NCBI RefSeq assembly: GCF_009914755.1
Contig: NC_060944.1
Strand: one strand, 5' to 3'
Origin: the human T2T-CHM13v2.0 reference genome, Homo sapiens
DNA length: 64,000 nt
Position 1 is the first letter of the stretch, and each line of letters opens with the position of its first letter. Position numbers and translations under genes: made by a program. Below, in pieces: positions 53,557 through 64,000 of this stretch. Under the pieces are notes generated by a model. That model was not told the DNA's origin, did not search any database, and saw only the letters and a list, made by a program, of their open reading frames with translations.

Positions 53557-56450
53557 GGTCCATTACTTTGCAACCGTCCAAGCTGGGTGGTACTAAATTA
53601 GATCCAGAGTTACTAGTAGCAACATTACACAAAGGAAAGGGTTGGAGACACATGCTGGAGCCAGGTGTGTGTCTAATATTCTTGTGTAAGGGGTACTAGG
53701 CTTGGGGTCAAGTTAGAATGATCCTGAATGAGTGCTTAGGGCTGTTACAACTGGCAACCATCTGGTTCTGTGGGATTCATGTAGCTGGTCATAGACAGTG
53801 GCTGGACTCTCCAGGGTCAGGGACCAGACAGCGGCAAGTTGCTTCATCACCAGAGTACTGGCCTTGAGTCTGACATATGGACTTCAGGGTCTGGATGCCC
53901 TCCATCAGACCCATGAAGCAGCTGCCGTGATGACAGAGAGAGGGAAGAGCCTTGGGAGAGACTGGTGACCCATCTCTGGGACTTCATATGCTTCCAAAGT
54001 CCGTGGGATTCTCAGTATCTTCCTGTGTTAAAAAGAATACTGTTTTCAGGAAGGCTGCCTAGAGGAAATTTGATCCGGGTGGTCAGGAAGGGATGGGATA
54101 AACAGAATATTGATTCCCAGCTTTAGGTTCTTGATACAAACTCCTCACGGGCAGTGGACGGATTTATAATAGATAGGGTTTGCCTTTAATCAACCCTAGG
54201 TACTCTAAGCATAGTACCAGGCACCAAGTAGACACTCATCAAACACAGGTCTGCTTCCCTTTGTCCTATGCTCCCCAAGCATCCTTCTTATCTGATGTGG
54301 TGAGAGGGGATAACTGAACTGTGTCCGACTGACATTCTGCACTATCTAGTTCTCTACCCCATTCCCAAGTGCTACTGGAGCCTCATTTCTTTGGGTTTAA
54401 GTGTTGGATCTCACCAAATTGGAAAACCAGAATGCGGATGCTCTGATTTCCCAATACCCTGACCTCTCAGAAGCCTGCCTGGGCTTGGACAGCTGGGCAT
54501 TCACACTCATTCATGCATTCCTATCCTTTCACACACGCTTACTTTACCTGCATACACACTCCATTCACTTAAGGAAAGATGGTAACCTAAAGCTCAAGCA
54601 AGAGGGGAAGCCCTTATGCTAAGGAGAGGTAGAGAACTCTTCTGTCTGGTTCTTTAAATGTCACTGCAATTCTCTTGCACATCAGCAAAGCAACTCTAGA
54701 GAAGCCCAGCAGGGTGGGCTTCTATGTCTCTGAGGACTGCAGTCCTGAAGTTTTCAGGAGAGTATAGTTTTAGAGATTCTTCCACTGTCCCCATATGTTC
54801 CTATTGCTTGTCAGGTCTCATGTTTCCAATTCTCAGTTCAGAAATTATGACCCAGCCAGCTACCCTCTAATAGAGCTTACATCCCAGAGGGTGTCCTTAG
54901 AATCCCACCTACCCCATGGAGTGCAAATCCATTGCATCCATCTCTCCTGGTCTAGAAATCGAAAGCCACCGAGGAGCCATAGAGCATACCATAGTGAAGG
55001 AGCTTTCTCTGTGAGTTTCCTTCCCTCTCCAGCTGCTTATTTAAGCAGGCTGCAGACACCTAGCTCTCCCGATTGCTGTCTAGAGCCCTAGTGCTACCCA
55101 ATTGATGGTGTTCTTCCTTCTACATTATCTGTTTTCTTCAGTGGAAAAGTCTGCCAATATCTGTGATTTGTGTCACTTTTGTTTGCAGGCCATCAATTCT
55201 CCTTGCCTCACAGAGAGTATTTTATCTCTTTCCATCCAGGAGCCTGAGTTCCTGAGAGGGAACAAGTTAGGGACATGTCACCCTCTGTGACTCATGTGAA
55301 ATCATGGTGACTTCTTATCACAGGGAGCCCTAGTGCTTCCGTTTTCTTCTTCCTCCTGCATCTTCTCTTTTGTGCCTACATATTGGGCTGATTTTCTTCA
55401 AAGTTATAAAAGTCATGTGTGATGGGTCTTGGTGCACATTTCGTCAAGTAGCTGTAGATTTTTTTCTCTCTTTTTCTCCCCACTCTGCCCGTGTGTGTGT
55501 TTATGTTCCTCTGTGTGGTTTTGTCGTTGTGCATGTGTCTATATATTTACACACATACACATACATACTTGGGTCATCGCTTTTCTCTGTACTTTAAATC
55601 TACGGTTATATGCCTACTTACGTTTACCACTTTTATCTCCTTGGAAGCAGTCTATGAAACTATGGATGCTGCCAGTAAATTCAGGGAACAGAGTAGAATT
55701 GCCCAGTTCTGTTGTGTGTGTATGGGGAGGGTTTGCTGTTAAAAATATCAACTCTGTAACAAAAAGATACATCTGATTTCTAACTATTCAACCCTGTAAT
55801 AGGTTAAACGATAGCAAACCATTCATTGATTTTGTTTTTTAAAAAGAGTAATAAACAGAAACATGTACCAACTGAAAGAGCCAGGCAATTCAATTATAAT
55901 TAGGAAAACAAAAGTGATGAGCCTGAACAATGCTGCCTTAGTTTTGGGGATAAGTGTTGAAAATGCCAACCACGTAATAATGCAGCGTTTGTCTTCTCAT
56001 TACTAAAGGCCCCAGTACTAATCACCTCATTTTTGAAAGCTGTGTACCAACAGAACGAAGTACAGAACTCAGTAGATGGGTCTAATAGACATGCTTAAAA
56101 AATACCCACATAAACATAGACCCAAATATAAGAAAAACATATATCAAAAGAATATTTGAGTAAATTTATATCCATCACTCCACTGATCAAAGTACCAGTC
56201 CATCCTTTTACACCATTCATCCACCCATCCATCCATTCAGTAAATATGTTTTAAACTTTTACTCTATTTTACGCACTGTGCTACTAATATACACCCTAGA
56301 ATGTATGTTCTAGATGCAAATGACTCCGGTGAAAATAACAATTCTTTCTTGTTTTGAGTTACTGTTGCCTAATCTTTCTCTGTGTGGCTAGAAAGAAATA
56401 CTTAAATGGCTGAAGAACAGGTGAAGACAGACAAGCAGATGCCAACATAC

Positions 56451-56487
56451 CTTTTGTAGCCAGACGAACACAGTTGATTTTGGTCTC
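56451..56487 (-). CDS. PTPRT: PTPRT coding exon, 37 nt, end of last FN3 region (ETKINCVRLATK+G)
   Basis: Minus strand reads ttttgttgttcacag|GAGACCAAAATCAACTGTGTTCGTCTGGCTACAAAAG|gtatgt. The peptide is recognised as a type IIB RPTP motif and ends in phase 1, matching both downstream exons. The correct frame is absent from the ORF track. Confidence 0.96.
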
Positions 56488-57414
56488 CTGTGAACAACAA
56501 AAATGAGATGCCAATTAATTAGCTGTGAGTTATATAAAATTGTTATATAAAGACAAAAATACATATATATTTGCATATATATTCATGCATATGTATTTTT
56601 AATTATAATTTTAAATTTGCCCTTTCCATTTTTTTCCCCATCGGATGACCTTTTAATTCCATTTTTTAATTTTTTTCTCAGGCTAGGTACATATGTTATT
56701 CAGTTCACTTCCTGACTCCTACCATCTCATAAACCTCATTCCCAGACAGAACCACTTTATAAACATATCAGATAATTCCCAGCACTCATCATCTTTAACA
56801 ATAACACGTAGTGGGTACTTGGGGTATGCAATGTGCTTTGTTCAGTTGCATGAGTGAGCAGATGGAAGGAGGGCATCCTTGGGAAACTTTGTTACTAGCA
56901 ATAATGCATCTACATGCATAGACGGGAAGAGATACTTGGCAATAGTCCAGTCTATATGAAACATGTCAAACTCAAACTGCAAAGTTCATGTTCAAAAGTT
57001 ACTTTTCCCCTGAGCTCTTGTGTGGGCCTCGCAACCTTCATAAATAATGTGTGTGGCAATAGAATCTTTGCTAGGTGAACTATCTAGTTGTTGTTAGCTG
57101 TTGCCAAAGTAAAAAGGATTCATAAATGTGTGATGTTGCTGGGCACACAGTGGAGTTAATGAAGAGTGTGCTTAGGAAGAGAATTCTCTGCCCGCTTTAC
57201 TGGGATTCATCTCCCAGGAGGTCCTGGAACCAGCTGAAAATTCCAGTTGACTAAATTATACCCCCAACAACAGTCTGAATTCAGTGTAGCAAGGAAAGTA
57301 AAATGCAAAGAATGCAAGTATGTGAGTTGCTGAACCAAAAATCTGTCAATCATCCAATTCTTGTCTTGCTGCAGCTCATTCACAAAGAACCATTGCATCT
57401 TGAAGGGATTGGTG

Positions 57415-57790
57415 GCAATCAGGATAGGAAAGGTTAGGAGGCCATAATAAAACCCCTGAACTTCAGTGGCTAAAAACAGCAAAGGTTTATTTTCCATTCA
57501 AACTACCTGTCCAATGTAGGTGTGTGGATGGGTCTAAGGGGTGAGATTGGGGGTGATTGGGAGACACTCTGACCATTGTAACCACTCAGAGATCATAGCT
57601 GGTATGTCCATTTTAACCCAAGGGGAGAGAGTGCTAAAGGGTAAAGCAGTATCAATCAAATGCTTTGAATCAGAAGCGACACTTTCACTTCTATGCGTGC
57701 TTTATTGGCTAGAACCAGACACATGGCCATGCCTAATTTTAGTGAGATGGGGAAATGGAATCCTCCCATGTATCCAGAAGTAGAGAAGAC
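57415..57790 (-). mobile_element. Old MLT1 (J/K-like) LTR
   Basis: cttcagtggctaaaaacagcaaaggtttattttc...ttattggctagaaccagacacatggcc. Confidence 0.6.
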
Positions 57791-59609
57791 ATGACAATGT
57801 CTACGGCAGATTCTATTCCATCTAGGTACACCTCTGAATGCTGGAAATGATCACTTCTATTACGTCCAAGTATGACTCCCCATAATTAATCTCATAGTTA
57901 TCGCCAATAGTCTTGATTCTTTTCCTCAAAATGCACAGAAAGTCTGCTTTTGCTTGTGTAAAAAAGAGGTCTGGATAATGAAAGATGGTTCTCGGGCTCA
58001 TAAACATTCTTCTTTATCAATTCCTCATATTATAAGAGTTCAAGTCTTTTGAGCTATCCTAGCTGCTCATTCTAGGACAAACTCCACTTTATCCTATTAA
58101 TGTGGGGTGACTAGAACACAAAACAGCAGTCTATACATGCTCTTATTGATACATGATTATATTGATATATGATTATCTAGACTATCACTATTATCCTTAC
58201 TTATATTGGGCTTCTATTAACATAGCTAACATCCTGGTGTTTATCCGTCTCCCCCAACCAAAAATAAAAGTATTGGTTAGAAGCCTGCTTCTACATGTAC
58301 AAGTGTGGCTATATTTTTGAAACCCAAGTACAGAGTCATATTTACCACTACAATTTCCATCTTCTTCAACTGATCCAAGTACTACAGGCCATCATCACAG
58401 TCTCCACAAGCTGAAAATTTTTAGAAATCATTTTTTTCTTTAATTTCATCCAGATCATTAATATAAGTAACAATCTGGATAATGCCAATGGTAGAACCTT
58501 ATGACATGTACTAGATTCCTTCTTCCACGTTGATATTCATCTGTTAATCAGAATCAGAACTAATTGCTAATATCCTAAACTGCTTATGAATTGAGCTTGA
58601 GAATAGGTTCAAATTCTTTTTAGACACTGATACTCTGTCTATTGCATTTCTCCAATCAGTGCAAAGACTGTCTTAAAGAAAGAAGGTTGGGTTGACATGA
58701 CTTGTTCTTCGGAACAAGTGTTTTCTTCTTCATAAAAACTATAAGTGTCTCTCTTTAAAACAAACAATTATTTCATTTTATAAAGTAGATAATTTGGAAA
58801 TGTTAAAAAAATGACAAGTCATGGTTCAAGTATATGAATCATTCATATAAAATCTTCACACAAAATTTGAAGCATGTTACATTTCAATAACAAAGTTTTT
58901 TCAGAGAACATACCCAAAAGATGAAAAAAAAAAAAAGGAAAATGGCTGAGAAAAAAAGTAACAGTAAAGGACATTGCTCTAAATGTGATGTACAAAAAGC
59001 TTAAGTTACAAGTTAAATCTTGCATATGACAATTAAAGTGAGCAAACTCATTTCTGTTTTCATGTTTGGACAAAGGTTTTCAGCTTCTGTTGGCTTCCAT
59101 TCCAATAGCACCATACCCTGTGTTTTGGTTTAAAGAGCTTGAGACGGTTAAATAAAGCATGAAACCCAGAACACTGAAGAAGACATGCAAATGATTGTAC
59201 AGTGTCACAATGACTATCATTGAGAAATTGTGTAGACTGGGAGAGGTGCCAGGAGACTATAGATGGTTAGAATGATCTTCCACTTCATGGTAATGCAACA
59301 ACAACAAAAAAAGATTTTGAAAGTAATATATTAGAAAACTTGCCAGTTCTGTGCATGATTTTTGAATAGAGCAGAGGGCAAAGGTTTGATGAGGCTAATA
59401 CTGCTGAGAGTAATTTCTAAATATGTATCTTCACTTTAAAGAAATTCAGTCTTATCTGTCCAGACATCTAAGAATCTTTTCTCAGGGAATAACTTTAAAT
59501 ATAAATGAAGCTTTATATTCAATGATGTTGGTTCCAGTGTTCTTTATAAAAGTGAAAATCATGAGCGATATATCTGTCTAACCACACAGGCATGGCAAAG
59601 AAAGCTGTG

Positions 59610-61838
59610 GTCTCTCTTATTCAACACAGCACTGCAAGTCCTAGCCAGAGCAACTGGGCAAGAGAAAAATTTAAGGGCATCCAAATTGGAAAAAAAAAAG
59701 TCAAACTGTCTCTGTCTGCACATGACATGATCTTATGTATACGAAAAACCAAAAACTTTACCAAAAAAAACACTCCTAGAACTGCTAAGCAAATTCAGTA
59801 AAGTTGCAGAATACAAAATCAACATACAAAAATCAGTAATGTTTCTATACATGAATAAACTACCTAAAAAATACAAAAATCAGTACTGTTTCTATACATG
59901 AACAATAAACTACCTAAAAAAGAAATCAATAAGGCAATCTCATTTATAATAACTACCAAAAGTAATAAAATACCTAGAAATCAATTTAACCAAGGAGGTA
60001 AAAGACCTCTACAAGAAAAACCAAAAATACTGTTGAAAGAAATTGAAGGGAAACAAATAGAAAGATATCTCATGGTCATGGATTGGAAGAATTAATATTG
60101 GTAAAATAATCAGACTCTCCAAAGCAATCTATAGATTGAATGTAATCTCTATCAAAATACCAATGGCATTCATTATAGAAATAGAAAGAAGTCCTAAAAT
60201 TTGTATGAAAACTCAAAAGACCGCAAATAGCCAAAACAGTCCTGAGCAAAAAGAACAAAGCTAGAGGTTTCACACTAACAGACTTTAAAATATACTACAA
60301 AGCTGTAATAACAAAAACAGCATGGTACTGGCATAAAAACAGACACATAAACCAATGAAATAATATTTTTAAAAACGCCAAAATTAATGCACATATCTAC
60401 AGTCAACTGATTTTTGATAAAGTCACCAAGAACACTCACTGGGGAAAGGACAGTGTCTTCAATAAGTGGTGCTAAGAAAATGGATCATCCATATTCAGAA
60501 GAACGAAACTAGACCGCCACCTCTCACCCTATACAAAAATCAACTCAAAATGGATAAGAGACATAAATGTAAAACTTGAAACTATAAAACTACTAGAAGA
60601 AAACATAAGGGAAATGGTCTGAAACCAAACATATGACACTGATCTAGGAAAATATTTTATGAATAAGACCTTAAACATATAGGCAAAGAAAGCAAAAATA
60701 AACAAGTGGGATTATATAAAACTAAAAAATTACGTACAGAAAAGTAAACAATAAACAGAGTACAAAGGCAACCTACAAAATGGAAGGAAAGTATCTGCAA
60801 ACTATTCATCCCTCAGGGAATTAATATTCACAACATACTAGGAACTCAAACAATTCAACAGCAAATAAAAATCCAACTAAAAAAATGGGCAAATGATCTT
60901 AACAGGCATTTCTCAAAAGGAGATATACAAATGGCCAACAAATATATAAAAAATGCTCAATATCACTAATCATCAGGGACATGCCAATTAAAACTACAAT
61001 GAGGTATCATCTCACCCTTGTTAAGATGGCTATTACAAAAAAAATAACAAATGCTGCTGAGGATGTGCAGAAAAGGGAACTCTTATACATTGTTGATGGG
61101 AATGTAAACTAGTTCAGCCACTATGGAGAACAGTACAGAGGTTCCTCAAAAAAACTACAAATAGAACTATTATATGATCCAGCAATCTTACTACTGGGCA
61201 TTTATCCAAAGGAAGATAAATCAATATATTGAGGAGACATCTGCATCATGCTTATTGCAACACTATTCACAATAGCCATGACAGGCAATCAAACTAGGTG
61301 TCCAAAACCAGATGAATAAAGAAAATGTGGTATATATACAACAAGGAGTACTATTCAGCCATAAAAAGAATAAAATCCAGTCATTTGTGGCAACATAAAT
61401 GGAACTAGAGGACATTACATTAAGGAAAATAAGCAGTAAACAGAAAGTTAAATACTTCATGTTCTCACTCATATGCAGAAACTAAAATAAGTTGATCTCA
61501 TAGAGGTAAAAAGCAGGAAGCAGATACTAGAGGTTAGGAAGTGGAGAGAGAGAAAGGGAAAGATTTGTTGAAGGATACAAGATTATACCTAGATAGAAGG
61601 AATAAGTTCTAGTGTTCTGTAGCCCTGTAGGATGACTATAGTTAAGCAAAATATATAGTTTCAAATAGCTAGACAGAGGATACTGAATGTTCCCAACACA
61701 AAGAAATGGTAAATATTCAAAATGATGAATATGCTAATTACCTTGATCTGATCACTATTCATTATATGTCTCAAAACATCACTATGTATCCCATAAATAT
61801 TTACAATTAGTATACGTTAAAAACATAAAAAGAAAAAA
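59610..61838 (+). mobile_element. 5'-truncated L1 (L1MA-type): degenerate ORF2 3' half plus 3'UTR
   Basis: ORF2 remnant (KGIQIGKKKVKLSLSAHDMIL in ORF 59592..59801), L1MA-like 3'UTR (ggaataagttctagtgttctgtagc...) and an A-rich tail. Many stops and frameshifts. Confidence 0.93.
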
Positions 61839-62054
61839 TTCCAAAAGGAAAACTGGGGTCTATCTACATAGTAGAATATTATGGAGCTGTTAACAAAAAT
61901 GATTGTGAGGGCCATGTAATAACATGGGATGATACACATAAGAGAATATTAAATAAATAAAGCAAAGTACATTTTTTTGTTACAACATGCAAATTTAAGC
62001 ATTTAAAAAATACATCCTGAAGGAAACAGACTAAATCTTAATAATTCTTGCACA

Positions 62055-62250
62055 ATTAATTTGAAGTGCAATATACATGCAGATGAGTATACTAAACTTA
62101 AATACAGTTTGACAAATTTTTCACCAAGTAAACACACACCTATGACCAGCACCCAGATCAAAACACTCAACATTGCCAGCACCTCAGAAGTTTCCCTCAT
62201 GCTTCTTCTGGTCACTTCTTCTCTGCAAATGTGAACATTAATTTGCTTTC
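62055..62250 (-). mobile_element. Old L1M (MC/ME-like) 3' end fragment
   Basis: ttgacaaattttcaccaagtaaacacacacc...cacccagatcaaaac...cattgccagcacctcagaag. Confidence 0.7.
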
Positions 62251-62301
62251 TGTGGGAATATTCTCTTAAAATGTGGTCACAATAAAGGGAATTCTGCAGA
62301 G

Positions 62302-63648
62302 TTTTTTTGTTTTGTTTTGTTTTGTTTTAAGATTCAGAGGGTTGGTGTGCAGGTTTGTTACATGAATATATTATGGAATGCTGAGGTTAGGGCTTCTATT
62401 GAACCCATCACCCAAAGAGTGAACAAATGAACATAGTACCCAATATGTAGTTTTTCAGCCCTTGCCTCTCTCCCTCTTTCCCCACTTGTGGAGTCCCCAA
62501 TGTCTATTGTTTCCATCTTTATGTCCATGTGTACCCAATGTTTAGCTCTCACTTACAAGACAGAACATGTGGCATTTGATTTTCTCTTTCTGCACTAATT
62601 TTCTTAGGATAATGGCTTCCAGGTACATCCATGTTGCTGCAGAGGACATGGTTTTATTCTTTTTTATGGCTGCATAGTATTCCATGGAGTATATGAACCA
62701 TGTTTTCTTTATCCAACCCACCACTAACGGGCACCTAGGTTGATTCCATGTCTTTGCTATTGTGAATAGTTCTGTGATAGACATACAAGTGCATGTCTCC
62801 TTTTGTTAGAATGGTTACTTTTCTTTTGGGTATGTACCCAGTAATGGGATTTCTGGGTCAAATGGTGGTTATGTTTTTAGTTCTTTAAGAAGTCTCCAAA
62901 CTGCTTTCCACAGGGACAGAAGTAAAGCCACACACCTACAACCAACTGATCTTCAACAAAGATGAAAAAAATAAACAATGGAGAAAGGACACCCGATTCA
63001 AAAAACGATGCTGGGAAAACCAGGTAACCATATGCAGAAGAATGAAACTGGATCACTACCTCTCACCATATAAAAATTAATTCAAAATGGATTAAAGACT
63101 TAAATGTAAGACCTCAAACTATAAAAATCCTAGAAGAAAACCTACGAAATACTCTCCTGGGCATTGGCCTAAGCAAATAATTTATGACTGAGACCTCAAA
63201 AGCAAATGCAACACAAACGAAAATTGACTATTGGAACCTAATTAACTGAAGAGCTTCTGCACAGCAAAAGAAAAACAAAAACAAAACTATCAACAGAGTA
63301 AACCTACAGAATAGGAGAAAATATTTGTAAACTATGCATCTGACAGTGGACTAGTATCCAGAATCTGTAAGAAACTTTAACAAATCAGCAAGAAAAAAAA
63401 ACAAATAGCCCCATTAAAAAGTGGGCAAAGGACACAAACAGACATTTCTCAAAAGAAGACGTATAAGTGGCCAACAAACATGAAAAAATGCTCAGCATTG
63501 TTAATCATCGGAGAAATGCAAATCAAAACAAGATACTGTCTCATACCAGTCAGAATGGCTATTATTAAAAAGTCAAAAAAATAACAGATGTTGGCAAGGT
63601 TGCAGAGAAAGGGGAATACTCTGTTGATGATATTGTAAATTAGTGCAG
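62302..63648 (-). mobile_element. L1 (L1PB/old L1PA-type) with 5' inversion
   Basis: Minus-strand tail and 3' end at 62302 to about 62913, joined to a plus-strand ORF2 segment at about 62914-63648. Confidence 0.9.
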
Positions 63649-64000
63649 TGGTTTATTCTATCTTCTCTTGTACATTGTGTCATTTGTGAGAAGTTTTTAA
63701 CTTTCCTTAATCTTCCCTTCCACAGTTTCGTGCAGGAAAATGAGCCATTTCCTAAAATCACCCCTTCAGCACCACACGTTTTAAAGTCTGTTTTCTATGA
63801 TCTAGAGTGTATATACGATTATGCTTAAGTCTTCCTGACTGACAAACGTGATGCCAAAACGTTTGTTTTCTCCTAAGTTCCTAACAACTTTAATTCCATA
63901 ACCAATTTGTCTCTGTTGGTCAGAATTAGGTACAGAATAACAAAGCCCTAAGTCACTCTCTTGACCTTCTGAGTGACTAGATTGTCAGCAAGCAAATCAG

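Overview
This is mammalian (primate, almost certainly human) genomic DNA from inside the receptor tyrosine phosphatase gene PTPRT (RPTP-rho), transcribed on the minus strand. About 99.6% of the window is intron. Four coding exons can be assembled by hand with canonical AG/GT boundaries and matching phases: 56487-56451 (37 nt, ETKINCVRLATK), 44417-44361 (57-nt symmetric cassette, APMGSAQVTPGTPLCLLTT), 22795-22660 (136 nt, stalk plus transmembrane helix) and 10231-10202 (30-nt symmetric microexon, RNAYSYSYYL). The rest is interspersed repeats (six Alus, two L1s, MaLR/ERVL LTRs, hAT and Tc1/mariner MITEs, many MIR/L2 relics) and microsatellites. Nearly all ORFs in the supplied track are spurious. 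I see no evidence of a new multi-gene system. The most notable unexplained structures are: (1) a 167-bp, 97%-identical direct duplication of an old MIR fragment that brackets the microexon almost symmetrically; (2) candidate neuronal splicing-control motifs around both cassette exons; (3) a perfect 27-bp inverted repeat with a template-switch signature; (4) a twin-primed, 5'-inverted L1. Repeat family names come from recalled consensus sequences, not from a search.
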